Shown piece after piece: positions 42,046 through 50,722 of a stretch of DNA of 64,000 nt (position 1 is the first letter of the stretch; every line of letters begins with the position of its first letter). This stretch comes from PVC group bacterium (GTDB lineage Bacteria; Omnitrophota; Gorgyraeia; B26-G9). The position numbers and the translations under genes are program-made. The DNA is taken from assembly GCA_024231215.1 (NCBI GenBank), contig JAAEQR010000202.1, positions 302-64,301 on the forward strand, given 5' to 3'. The notes under the pieces are model-generated. The model saw nothing but the letters and a program-made list of their open reading frames with translations, ran no database searches and had not been told where the DNA came from.

Positions 42046-42070
42046 AATTAATATAAGGAGGTAACAAGTA

Positions 42071-42544
42071 ATGACACTTAAAAAAACGCTACTCATTTTA
42101 CTGGCAATTCTGATTATACCCACCACGGCGTTTTGCCTTGACGAAATGAAGGAATTTAAGTCTACACCAATTATTTGGTATAATTGGCAGAACATTTCGA
42201 TGACGCAGGCAATCAATGCTATTTCTCTTACATCAAAACCAATCCCAATACATAATGACACCGGGTATTTCAGCGTAGAGGGTTATTTAGAGGGGGGCGG
42301 TACAATAGATGTTGAATACCGAGCCAGTAACAGGGGACAAGACTATGTAAGACCTGAAAATGTCGGCAATTTTTTGTCTGATTTCAATGGTAGCGGCCAC
42401 GCCAGTCCGGGTGGGTCGGCATCAGACGGTCGTTTCATAAAAAGTCTTGCACCGATTCCATGTGCGTTTATAGTATTTTATATATCAGAAACAACGTTTA
42501 ATACCGGCATATCGCCAACAAGATGGGTGTTGGGGCATCAATAA
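42071..42544 (+). CDS. secreted protein (signal peptide)
   Basis: 157 aa with N-terminal LLILLAILIIPTTAFC and a GGAGGT ribosome-binding site. Confidence 0.4.
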   Translation: MTLKKTLLILLAILIIPTTAFCLDEMKEFKSTPIIWYNWQNISMTQAINAISLTSKPIPIHNDTGYFSVEGYLEGGGTIDVEYRASNRGQDYVRPENVGNFLSDFNGSGHASPGGSASDGRFIKSLAPIPCAFIVFYISETTFNTGISPTRWVLGHQ

Positions 42545-42582
42545 AATGAGCATTTCAATAACGCAAAAAAGTTAATTATTGG

Positions 42583-43071
42583 TTGGAGGCAGTGATGACA
42601 AAAAAACTATTTTTATATATCTTGATGTTGATTTTCATACCATCGTTTTGTATGGCTGCGGGCAGTGCATGGGATACTGGTGTAGACATACACGAAGAGA
42701 CTTGGACGCTTGCAGACCGTGGTGATTGGAAAGAAGAAGCTTGGGTGTTGGGTGGCCCACCCGAAGATAATGGCTGGAGCATTCAATCCATAGTTGCCGT
42801 TATTTCAGCCACATCTTACGCTACAATGACTTTTAATTTGGCCGAGGTTGCTTTTGGGCCGCTTACCGACACACGTAGCTACTTATCTACCCCAAATATC
42901 CTAGTCGATACTAATGCCATTAGTGTAACAGCCGCGGCTTTAGCTGATACGAGTATAGCAGCGAGGTCTAAGATATTATTTACCACACCAAACGTAATGG
43001 CGGTGGATACAAGCGGTGCAAATCCTGTGTTTATTAACGTAACCATTGAATATAAATTGGTGGCACCATAA
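42583..43071 (+). CDS. secreted protein (signal peptide)
   Basis: 162 aa with N-terminal LFLYILMLIFIPSFCMAAGSA. Confidence 0.4.
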   Translation: MEAVMTKKLFLYILMLIFIPSFCMAAGSAWDTGVDIHEETWTLADRGDWKEEAWVLGGPPEDNGWSIQSIVAVISATSYATMTFNLAEVAFGPLTDTRSYLSTPNILVDTNAISVTAAALADTSIAARSKILFTTPNVMAVDTSGANPVFINVTIEYKLVAP

Positions 43072-44555
43072 TGAAAAAACTAATTATTATATTCATAATT
43101 TTATTTTGGGCAAGTGGAGCGTGGGGGGCTAATTGGTATGTTGATATGGACGGAGCCAATGGTGATGGGTCGCAGGGTACTCCGTGGAATGAGCTTGAGA
43201 ATGTAACAGGAACGTCACCTGGGGATAGTATTTATGCTAGAGGTACCTTAGTAGATACATCATCAGAACAAAAGATTCGCAGGTGTACTGGGACTTATTG
43301 GTATGGCAATGACCCTACTTGGGCTGGAAGCAACCAAGCAACGGTAATTATGCCAGGAGACAATTATGGAATAGTTTTTGAATCTGGCGAAAATTCTAAT
43401 ATTGTAATTGATGGATTTTATGTGTCTAATCCTATTGCGGATGGCAAGTCTGCATTATATGTTGGATCATATAATAGTGAAATACGAAATTGTATAATAA
43501 AAGATGCTGGTGCAAGTGCATTTTCTGTACGAGCATACAAGAGTGATATTACCAAAACTTATATCCACAATAATGATATAAATGGTGTTGGGTTAACTGA
43601 TTCCGAAAGTGGTTATGGAATTAATCTTACACCCAATCCTACAACATACAATTATCTAGGCGGCTTTACGGTCACCTACAATACATGGAGAAATTTAAGT
43701 GAATCTCCAATAGGAACTATGGGGTCATATGTTTTAGTTGCAAATAATTATGTTTGGGGAGTGGGAGAGCTTAGTCCAAGCGGAAATGAAAATTGTTGGC
43801 AACATAATGCCAGATCCGGCGTGAAAGACACCAACTTAATATTTATAAATAATGTTTGTGCAAATATTACGGGTTCCGGGGCTACCCCAAGCATTGGTGC
43901 AGGTGAATGGATAAGTAATATATTTGTACAAAATAATATTTTCGCTAATGCTACAGGCATTAATACTGTTGCTAATTTTGCTACGGGTCATCTAGGGTAC
44001 AGATCAGATCAGTTTGTTTTTAAAAACAACATAGTTTACAATTTTGGAACGGCTGATTGTGTTAATGAAACCAATATTTTTGGTGGAGCTATTAGAATCT
44101 ATTCTTTTAAACCATCTGGAATAAACATGGTTACGGGAACGTACATTAAAGATAATATTTTTTTTAATGATAAGTATCCAGATGATAACATTATTTGCGT
44201 TACTGACCCATACGCAAATTATGATGTTGCTGGGATGGAGACATGGGTTAATGACACCAAGGGGGGTACGGCAAGCGGGAATAAGCAAATTAAACCGGCC
44301 ATTGGTTCAGTATTCACTGATGAAGTAACCAATTTTATGCTTGCTACAGAAAACGCAGCCGGGGCTAAGTCATCGAACATCACCGGTGGAAATACTTATG
44401 CCGCAACGGTACAGATTGGTACCGATGGTGATGGTGATCCATGTGTATTATTTCCTGACGATTATAACGGTGATACCAGACCAACAGGAGCAGATCCGTG
44501 GAACATGGGGCCATTCAGCACATACAACGAGGGGCGGCGAAGAAGAACACAATAA
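43071..44555 (+). CDS. secreted right-handed beta-helix protein (polysaccharide lyase/depolymerase-like)
   Basis: 494 aa with the signal peptide MKKLIIIFIILFWASGAWGANW. It has many NNxI/V rungs (NNDINGVGLT, NNVCANITG, QNNIFANATG, KNNIVYNFG) typical of pectin-lyase-fold proteins. Confidence 0.45.
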   Translation: MKKLIIIFIILFWASGAWGANWYVDMDGANGDGSQGTPWNELENVTGTSPGDSIYARGTLVDTSSEQKIRRCTGTYWYGNDPTWAGSNQATVIMPGDNYGIVFESGENSNIVIDGFYVSNPIADGKSALYVGSYNSEIRNCIIKDAGASAFSVRAYKSDITKTYIHNNDINGVGLTDSESGYGINLTPNPTTYNYLGGFTVTYNTWRNLSESPIGTMGSYVLVANNYVWGVGELSPSGNENCWQHNARSGVKDTNLIFINNVCANITGSGATPSIGAGEWISNIFVQNNIFANATGINTVANFATGHLGYRSDQFVFKNNIVYNFGTADCVNETNIFGGAIRIYSFKPSGINMVTGTYIKDNIFFNDKYPDDNIICVTDPYANYDVAGMETWVNDTKGGTASGNKQIKPAIGSVFTDEVTNFMLATENAAGAKSSNITGGNTYAATVQIGTDGDGDPCVLFPDDYNGDTRPTGADPWNMGPFSTYNEGRRRRTQ

Positions 44556-44616
44556 TTTATTATTTTCTAATAATGTCCAATATATATATTAAGAATGTTT
44601 TTGAGGACATATTAAA

Positions 44617-44796
44617 ATGAAACCAGAAGAGAAAATGGACATAGAAGACGGGGTTATTAATACCATTATAGCACCGGTTGTGGTAGAAATTAAAAAAATT
44701 AACAAATCCATTGAAATTATTAATGAACGAATGGAGAAGTTAGCAAACCTAACCCACGACCTTGGAGTAAATAATGTTAATAAAAACGGGCGTTGA
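44617..44796 (+). CDS. small hypothetical protein (not in track)
   Basis: 59-aa ORF MKPEEKMDIEDGVINTIIAPVVVEIKK... with a GAGGA ribosome-binding site. Coordinates are approximate. Confidence 0.25.
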   Translation: MKPEEKMDIEDGVINTIIAPVVVEIKKINKSIEIINERMEKLANLTHDLGVNNVNKNGR

Positions 44797-45115
44797 TATA
44801 TCGAGATTACAGCGCACAATTCGCCGTGCACTCAACACCGTTAATAGCACTTTCAATAAATACAACCAAGAAGCCGTAATTACCAGTACATATGAGGGTT
44901 CGCATTCTGCCGGGTCGCTGCATTATGCGAATTTAGCCTTTGACGTAAGACTGCCAACCAGAACAGACAAAAATATGCTTCAAGTCGATGAGGATAATAT
45001 CAGAATAGATTTAATCAAAAAGCTGAAAGCTTATAGCAAATATTACCAACTTATTTTTTTAGATCCAAACGGATTAAGGAAAAACCATTGGCACATTGAA
45101 TATGACAGGGGCTAG
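44774..45115 (+). CDS. endolysin, peptidase M15 family (L-alanyl-D-glutamate peptidase-like)
   Basis: 113 aa. It carries the zinc-ligand motifs SHSAGSLHYANLAFD (H..G.A.D) and HWHIEYD (H.H), characteristic of small M15 phage endolysins. Confidence 0.55.
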   Translation: MLIKTGVDISRLQRTIRRALNTVNSTFNKYNQEAVITSTYEGSHSAGSLHYANLAFDVRLPTRTDKNMLQVDEDNIRIDLIKKLKAYSKYYQLIFLDPNGLRKNHWHIEYDRG

Positions 45116-45124
45116 GAGGTCAAA

Positions 45125-45421
45125 ATGCCAGAAAAATCAAACAATAACGGGCAAACATTGAGGTGGGCGTTAGGTATTTTGGTTTCATTGCTCATGCTTC
45201 TCATTGGCATTAATTACAGAAGCGATGCCAGAACAGCAGAAAGCGTCCATTTAAAAAGCGACAGAACCGAGTGTGTGCAGAAAAAAACAGAGCTGAAGCA
45301 GGAAATGCGAGAAGTTGAGCAACGACTGGTAAAACGATTCGACAAAATGGAAATCCGGCAGGAAAAACGAAATGAAGCCAACTCTAGAAAGCTCGACAGA
45401 ATACTTGAGAAAATCCGCTAA
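45125..45421 (+). CDS. i-spanin-like protein (N-terminal TM + coiled coil)
   Basis: 98 aa with one N-terminal transmembrane segment (WALGILVSLLMLLIGI). The rest is charged and coiled-coil-like. It lies next to the endolysin. Confidence 0.4.
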   Translation: MPEKSNNNGQTLRWALGILVSLLMLLIGINYRSDARTAESVHLKSDRTECVQKKTELKQEMREVEQRLVKRFDKMEIRQEKRNEANSRKLDRILEKIR

Positions 45422-45490
45422 TATTAAAGTTCTTGCCAAACCTGCCGATATATATAATGGCAGCTATTAATATGCAAAGGGAGCAAAACA

Positions 45491-45664
45491 ATGCGAATTT
45501 TAGAGGGTAAAAAGACCTACGTTGTTGCCATTTTGATTGGGTTGGCGAATGCCGCACATTTTATGGGGTATATAACCCCGGAACAACTCACATTAATATT
45601 GGGACTCTTGGGTGCTGGCGGATTGGCTAGTTTGCGGGACGGCGTTAAAAAATCAGGTAAATAA
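45491..45664 (+). CDS. holin-like small membrane protein (not in track)
   Basis: 57 aa, MRILEGKKTYVVAILIGLANAAHFMGYITPEQLTLILGLLGAGGLASLRDGVKKSGK, with two hydrophobic helices and a charged C-terminus. A GGGAG ribosome-binding site lies upstream. Confidence 0.35.
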   Translation: MRILEGKKTYVVAILIGLANAAHFMGYITPEQLTLILGLLGAGGLASLRDGVKKSGK

Positions 45665-45864
45665 TGGACGGCATACCTGTTAAATTAAATAATGGCGAAA
45701 TCTGGTACGCATACCCTGCCGAATACATAAACAGCCTAGTTAGTTCAAACGAATTATGGGTGTGGGTGGTTGGTGCCAGCATTCTTTGGTTGATAGTTGG
45801 TCTGTTATTTTCGCTTAGACGCATAAAAAGACCTGTTAAAATGATTAAAAACAAAAGGAGATAA
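45664..45864 (+). CDS. holin/membrane protein
   Basis: 66 aa with a central transmembrane segment (LWVWVVGASILWLIVGLLFSL) and a basic C-terminus. Confidence 0.35.
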   Translation: MDGIPVKLNNGEIWYAYPAEYINSLVSSNELWVWVVGASILWLIVGLLFSLRRIKRPVKMIKNKRR

Positions 45865-45865
45865 C

Positions 45866-46315
45866 ATGGATAAGGGAGCAAAATTATTAATAGTTATATT
45901 GTGCCTGTATTTTTGTGGTTGTGCAAGTTCAGTAATTGGTAGATTGGGGCCGAATACCGAAGTCACGGTGGCCACATCAGACATAGTCATTACAGGCAAC
46001 GGCAAAGATGCGCTGAAACCCACGATAACGTTCAATCCAGCGGCAGATACGGTGGCTGGCAGCATGAGCATTGACGTTGAGGGTGCTTACAATGTCCAGT
46101 CCAGCGGCAATATGTGGCAGTCTAAAACAGTGGGTCGCAGCAAAAGCCTAAATGGTGTATTCGTTGGCAATTACACTATACGAAATGGCGAACCAGATCA
46201 CACTATTCATTTTAATTATACCGAGGGTGGTGGCTTGTTTGATGATTTCTTTGGCGGCTGGCAGCTTGACCAAAATCAGGTGCTAGTGCCAGAAACGGAC
46301 AATTGTACGAAATGA
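45866..46315 (+). CDS. lipoprotein (possible o-spanin or lysis-associated lipoprotein)
   Basis: 149 aa with a lipobox-like signal (LCLYFCGCASS). Confidence 0.4.
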   Translation: MDKGAKLLIVILCLYFCGCASSVIGRLGPNTEVTVATSDIVITGNGKDALKPTITFNPAADTVAGSMSIDVEGAYNVQSSGNMWQSKTVGRSKSLNGVFVGNYTIRNGEPDHTIHFNYTEGGGLFDDFFGGWQLDQNQVLVPETDNCTK

Positions 46316-46599
46316 GAGCAGAAAAACTTAACGAATATAAGCCCGATTATGCTATCCCACCGGGTTATACGATTAGTGAATGCATGAAATATGAGGAAAT
46401 AACAAAGCGTGAATTGGCAAATCAATTAAACATCACAAGACAAACGCTAGATGAAGTATTTATGGGCGAAGCACCTATCACACCGGAAATGTCTAAAAAA
46501 CTCAGCACTATTTTTGGTGCGTCTGAAGCCTTTTGGAACAATTTACAAAGAAATTACGAAGAAACTAAGGAGCGTTTAGAGCGTGAAAATACCAGATAA
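46303..46599 (+). CDS. HigA-family XRE-type HTH protein (antitoxin-like)
   Basis: 98 aa. The segment ISECMKYEEITKRELANQLNITRQTLDEVFMGEAPITPEMSKKLSTIFGASEAFWNNLQRNY matches the HigA/VapI HTH_3 antitoxin pattern, including the ...FW.NLQ..Y tail. Confidence 0.5.
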   Translation: MYEMRAEKLNEYKPDYAIPPGYTISECMKYEEITKRELANQLNITRQTLDEVFMGEAPITPEMSKKLSTIFGASEAFWNNLQRNYEETKERLERENTR

Positions 46600-47101
46600 A
46601 GTAAAAATACAAATAATCTGCGCTATATTCAGGACAAGCTCGCTGTATCTTGGGCGCATGATGGACAGACTTATGCCGATAGCAATACAGAACAACGGTA
46701 ATCGTGAACTAAAACGACTTCAGGGCATAGCTAATGATGCCCAAAAACTTGACAACGCACTTATGAAATATCAGTATATTAATGACCCACTAAATGGTAG
46801 ACTCAACATTATGTTCCCGACATGGTTTACGTGCTGGACTCGCCAAGGAGACTGTGATGACTCTATGAACTTACTATCCAACATTTTACGTGGGCAGATG
46901 TGGGTGATAGTGAAAAACATTACAAATACGGACGCAGGCGGTCATTGTGTGTTTTTGGATAACAAACGCAACCTGTGGAGCGACTTCAGACTTGAAGAAA
47001 CAAACGTAACCGACATACGCAAAGCATCCAAGAAATACATAAGCAATTATAAATATTTAATCCACTTGGGGCGTGACCTTAAAATTAAGCGGATAATTTA
47101 G
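46583..47101 (+). CDS. transglutaminase-like/papain-fold cysteine peptidase domain protein
   Basis: 172 aa. It has the candidate catalytic triad order Cys (QGDCDDSMNLL), His (GGHCVFLD) and Asp (NLWSDF), as in transglutaminase-like cysteine peptidases. Confidence 0.35.
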   Translation: MKIPDKVKIQIICAIFRTSSLYLGRMMDRLMPIAIQNNGNRELKRLQGIANDAQKLDNALMKYQYINDPLNGRLNIMFPTWFTCWTRQGDCDDSMNLLSNILRGQMWVIVKNITNTDAGGHCVFLDNKRNLWSDFRLEETNVTDIRKASKKYISNYKYLIHLGRDLKIKRII

Positions 47102-47103
47102 CG

Positions 47104-47502
47104 ATGAAACTACCCCAAATAGGCGATACGATAACAACCCTCAGGGCTATTGAACTGTGTAAACACTTTAAGTTTTACGAATTATCTGCATACATAAATA
47201 GAGATATAGAGAAGTTCAAACCTTGGGTTTTTGACGGGGCATCCATGTTGCCGGATAAATGGTTTGTTAAGACATCCAAAATACCCAACTTAATAGAAAT
47301 TGCACTCAAGCATGATTTGGAATATGCTTATGGCGAGCATGGCGATAAAGTCCGAAGAAAAGAAGTTGACCTCAAGTTTAGAAAAAATTTACGCAAAGAT
47401 GGGGTTGGCCCGGTACTAGCAGAAATCATGTATCGTGCTGTCCGTTTTGGGGGTTCCGAGATATTGAAAAGAAGTTTTTCATGGGGATATGCGAGAAAGT
47501 GA
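47104..47502 (+). CDS. DUF1353 family protein
   Basis: 132 aa with WVFDGASMLPDKWF, ALKHDLEYAYGE and LAEIMYRAVRFGG, matching the DUF1353 conserved blocks. This is from memory. Confidence 0.45.
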   Translation: MKLPQIGDTITTLRAIELCKHFKFYELSAYINRDIEKFKPWVFDGASMLPDKWFVKTSKIPNLIEIALKHDLEYAYGEHGDKVRRKEVDLKFRKNLRKDGVGPVLAEIMYRAVRFGGSEILKRSFSWGYARK

Positions 47503-47510
47503 AGATATTA

Positions 47511-47524
47511 CTCATTATAATGAG
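47511..47524. promoter_or_regulatory. 14-bp palindrome CTCATTATAATGAG (copy 2)
   Basis: Exact match. Its internal ATG starts the lipoprotein ORF. Confidence 0.45.
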
Positions 47525-47777
47525 CGTTCTGCTCGGTGGTTGCACTTATACTGTGCGAGAATTTGCTCACGGCGATGATAATGAAACATTTAGACTTAAA
47601 TCCCGCTGGACGAGGGTTTCATATGAAGGCAAAAACCGCACCATAAATATGCATGCACCAGCCAATCCCGGCGGTATCGTCGATTCTTTTTGGAAACTAT
47701 TAGACAGGGCTGCTTACCCAATTGGACAAATGGCTGGGAAACCTGAATACAACGAGGAAACAAGATTGGGGGAATAG
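47519..47777 (+). CDS. small lipoprotein
   Basis: The track ORF is 47481..47777. The ATG inside the CTCATTATAATGAG palindrome gives MSVLLGGCTYTV, a lipobox (LLGGC). Confidence 0.35.
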
Positions 47778-47805
47778 ACTTATCTGCCATGTGTAGAAAA
47801 AGATC

Positions 47806-47852
47806 CTATGCCGTCTTTTAATTAAGGCGGCATTTGCTATTTCATGCCGCAG
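47806..47852. terminator. bidirectional terminator region at the convergence of late (+) and early (-) transcription
   Basis: Three mutually complementary segments (ATGCCG / CGGCAT / ATGCCG) form alternative hairpins flanked by T-runs on both strands. The region overlaps the stop of the minus-strand gene ending at 47842. Confidence 0.4.
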
Positions 47853-48336
47853 CCCCCCTTGCCTGTTTTTGCATTTTAGCAGTAGCGTAATCGCTAAGTG
47901 CCCTATTTTTGCGCCACATTACATACCACGACCACGATATCGTTTCGCCATTATCGGATATGCCGGATTCAACATGTTTCTTCACCAAAAACGGCACATC
48001 ACATTCAATAAAATGTTTCCGCCATTTGGTTAAATCGTCAAGTGGTTTATAGAAAAAGGTATAGATGGTGCGACGCTGGTGTTTTTCATCTTCTTCCCAA
48101 CTCGTGTCTTCGTAATAAGGCAAAATAGGGAACCGGTCTTCTGGTTTTAGCTTCTCAATTTCAGCATGTCTGTACGATAATTCAGGCATTATTTTGCCTT
48201 TACTCCAGTCTTTGCAGTAGACTTCTTTATAAGCATTCTTGCAGTGCTGATTACATAATGGCGGGATTGTGGATTGCTTCACCGCGCTCGACGTTTTTGT
48301 AATTATATTGTGGCATACTACGCATACGGTTATCAT
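47842..48336 (-). CDS. hypothetical protein
   Basis: 164-aa ORF with an N-terminal CxxC...CNQHC cysteine cluster. Confidence 0.35.
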   Translation of the reverse strand: MITVCVVCHNIITKTSSAVKQSTIPPLCNQHCKNAYKEVYCKDWSKGKIMPELSYRHAEIEKLKPEDRFPILPYYEDTSWEEDEKHQRRTIYTFFYKPLDDLTKWRKHFIECDVPFLVKKHVESGISDNGETISWSWYVMWRKNRALSDYATAKMQKQARGAAA

Positions 48337-48348
48337 AATTGTCCCCTG

Positions 48349-48885
48349 TTAGGCTAATTCAATTTGAAGGTCAGGCCAACGCCCTATTAATTCCCTTGCC
48401 TCAGACAAAATATATCTTCTTGCATCTTTTTTTTGGGGTTTAAGAAGACCCCCAAACGCCCGATAATGATTAAGTCTGGTGTTATATAGCACGTACCCAG
48501 CCACATCGTCGGGCACTGCTTTTGCCATACCAACAGAACTACCCGGTCTATTTACCACATATTGGGCTTTGTAATAATTCCCCCACACAGGGCCAGATGG
48601 TATTTCCCCAACAATTGGTTCTTTAAGTGGATCATGCTTCTTTATTGCATCTACTAATAGCTGAAGATCGTCGCGGGCGTATTTTAAATTACTGAGTGCT
48701 GACAGACGACCCCGTCTGCCATGACACATTTCATAAATAACGCAGTCAGAACAATTTTGTGGGCCTTTTGATCCACAAAAATAACACGGGGGGTCATCCT
48801 CAATTTCTTCAATTAATGCTTGTACCAACTCAAGCCTTTCATCATCCCATTTTGTTAACGTTTCTTCATACGTCACTTTACTCAT
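48349..48885 (-). CDS. Cys-rich hypothetical protein
   Basis: 178 aa with a CYFCG....C.DC....C cluster. Confidence 0.35.
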   Translation of the reverse strand: MSKVTYEETLTKWDDERLELVQALIEEIEDDPPCYFCGSKGPQNCSDCVIYEMCHGRRGRLSALSNLKYARDDLQLLVDAIKKHDPLKEPIVGEIPSGPVWGNYYKAQYVVNRPGSSVGMAKAVPDDVAGYVLYNTRLNHYRAFGGLLKPQKKDARRYILSEARELIGRWPDLQIELA

Positions 48886-49312
48886 GTTTTGCCTCGCTTT
48901 CTAATGTCTCAAGACACACAACTGTCCTTTCGTTTTTGCCATCTATAAACTGCTCATGCTCGCCCTCGATAATAGTTTTTTCATCATCATCCTTAATGAT
49001 TTTTGCTCGTACCAATGCGTCATCCCACGGCTTTAACCCACCCATAAAGTTCTTCCAATCCCGTATCCGCCGTTTGCGGTAGGTGAAATAGGTCAAAATA
49101 CAGCCATTATAAAACGATGATGGGTCAACACCACAGGATTTGCACTCTGTCCTGAATATAATACCAAGCTCTTTGGCCAGTTCTTTCTTAATTCTCGACC
49201 TTTGTGGCCATTTCAAATCATCCCAGCCATTTTGAGACATGACTTTTTGGTAAGATGTGAGCCGGATTTTTGCCATTATTTCACACTTTCCAAATATGGC
49301 CAAGAAGGACAA
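48878..49312 (-). CDS. RusA-like Holliday junction resolvase
   Basis: 144 aa. The C-terminal block RIRDWKNFMGGLKPWDDALVRAKIIKDDDEKTI fits the RusA catalytic pattern D.(D/K)N..K...DAL......DD..I. The true start may be the internal Met at about 49276. Confidence 0.45.
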   Translation of the reverse strand: MSFLAIFGKCEIMAKIRLTSYQKVMSQNGWDDLKWPQRSRIKKELAKELGIIFRTECKSCGVDPSSFYNGCILTYFTYRKRRIRDWKNFMGGLKPWDDALVRAKIIKDDDEKTIIEGEHEQFIDGKNERTVVCLETLESEAKHE

Positions 49313-49409
49313 GAATATCTAACTTCTCTTTTAATTCTGTACAGCTTTCCTCAGCCCAACACCCCACAGCACAAAATGTTAGCAAAATTGTTAATAATAG
49401 TGTTTTCAT
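49281..49409 (-). CDS. small signal/lipo-peptide (42 aa, not in track)
   Basis: MKTLLLTILLTFCAVGCWAEESCTELKEKLDILVLLGHIWKV. An AGGAGA ribosome-binding site lies upstream. Confidence 0.2.
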   Translation of the reverse strand: MKTLLLTILLTFCAVGCWAEESCTELKEKLDILVLLGHIWKV

Positions 49410-49428
49410 GGTTTGTCTCCTCTTTGAG

Positions 49429-49839
49429 TTAAGGTTTATCTTTTATTCTCACCCACTCGTCCACCGTATACTCTCTCATCATATTAAATCGTTTAACGGG
49501 CTGCTTTTTATAACACGCCGTTGGGGTAACGCCAATTTGCACAAATATCTTTTTGCCGTCAGGCATTTTAACTTCCTCTATGTCAAGATATTTAATAATC
49601 CGACTTTGTTTTGCATTAAGCCTGTGAACTAACTTAGACAATTGTTTATTTTCATTCTTGAAATTGCTTTTATAGGTGTAATCACCCCATATATCTATAA
49701 TACCCTGTTCTGATAATTCAGCTATTAAACTCGACAACTTGGCTCTTTGTAGTTTATAGTCCTCAGCATCAAAAAAAACTTGTTTATCCCCACACCCCCA
49801 AAACACTAACAAAATTACTGCTAAAATTGCTTTTTTCAT
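49429..49839 (-). CDS. lipoprotein
   Basis: 136 aa with signal peptide and lipobox (LLVFWGCGD). Confidence 0.4.
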   Translation of the reverse strand: MKKAILAVILLVFWGCGDKQVFFDAEDYKLQRAKLSSLIAELSEQGIIDIWGDYTYKSNFKNENKQLSKLVHRLNAKQSRIIKYLDIEEVKMPDGKKIFVQIGVTPTACYKKQPVKRFNMMREYTVDEWVRIKDKP

Positions 49840-49850
49840 GATTTATCTCC

Positions 49851-50204
49851 TTAATATTTACGCCTCAATAATTTACCGTTTCTCACAACCCTTCTTTTTC
49901 CACCTTTAAAAACATGCATATCGTCAAAACGAGGGGTATAGCCCAAAACACGCCTACCAAAACTGTACCCAGCATCTGCAATATCGTAATCATTTTTAAA
50001 AATATAGTACATTTCATATAATGTGAAATTATTACAGCTATAAAACTGCATATAACACAATAGCTTAAAAAGCCCATGTATCCACCGGGGTGCCGTTAGA
50101 TCAGTAATATGACAATCATAAAACATTGCATAACATACTACCTTAATTACAGATGATATCTGACTTTGCTCGTCTATTTCTTTATAAATACCGTCTATAT
50201 CCAT
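49851..50204 (-). CDS. hypothetical protein
   Basis: 117-aa ORF. Confidence 0.35.
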   Translation of the reverse strand: MDIDGIYKEIDEQSQISSVIKVVCYAMFYDCHITDLTAPRWIHGLFKLLCYMQFYSCNNFTLYEMYYIFKNDYDIADAGYSFGRRVLGYTPRFDDMHVFKGGKRRVVRNGKLLRRKY

Positions 50205-50330
50205 AGCATTCTCCTTGATTTGCGTTTGCGTTACGTCGTGCTGGCTAAGAGGCCCTGAGAGTCACGAGGATGCCCCACAATCGATTAAACCCCCTCTAAT
50301 GTAAAATACCTCAACTTTTTCAATCGTTGC

Positions 50331-50543
50331 TTATTTACCCCTTTTCGTAAACGGGTGCAGATCTGGCATACACCCACAGTGGGTAGATTTTTCAGCCATA
50401 TCCTTCCAAAGCTTCCTTTTCTCCCCACAATACTTACATCGATACCAACCAAGATAGACTATATTACCATCCATGTCGCGAAATTGACCCGCATCGCCTA
50501 AATATTTCATTTTTTGATATGTTTTCATTTTATTACCCCCCAT
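50331..50543 (-). CDS. zinc-ribbon small protein
   Basis: 70 aa with CKYCG...HCGC. Confidence 0.3.
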   Translation of the reverse strand: MGGNKMKTYQKMKYLGDAGQFRDMDGNIVYLGWYRCKYCGEKRKLWKDMAEKSTHCGCMPDLHPFTKRGK

Positions 50544-50722
50544 TTTTCATCACATTTATAATTATGCTTCTGGGCATATTTCTCCCATGCTTTTTGAGCC
50601 TCTTCCCTGGTAGCATAATCCAACCTACTGTGTATTTCTTCTTCTACCCCCCTTGCCCTCCATGTGAAACGACCCCAAGGTGATAGTTCTCCGGTAATTA
50701 CACATATTTTCTCTTTTTTCAT
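50525..50722 (-). CDS. hypothetical protein
   Basis: 65-aa ORF. Confidence 0.3.
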   Translation of the reverse strand: MKKEKICVITGELSPWGRFTWRARGVEEEIHSRLDYATREEAQKAWEKYAQKHNYKCDEKWGVIK

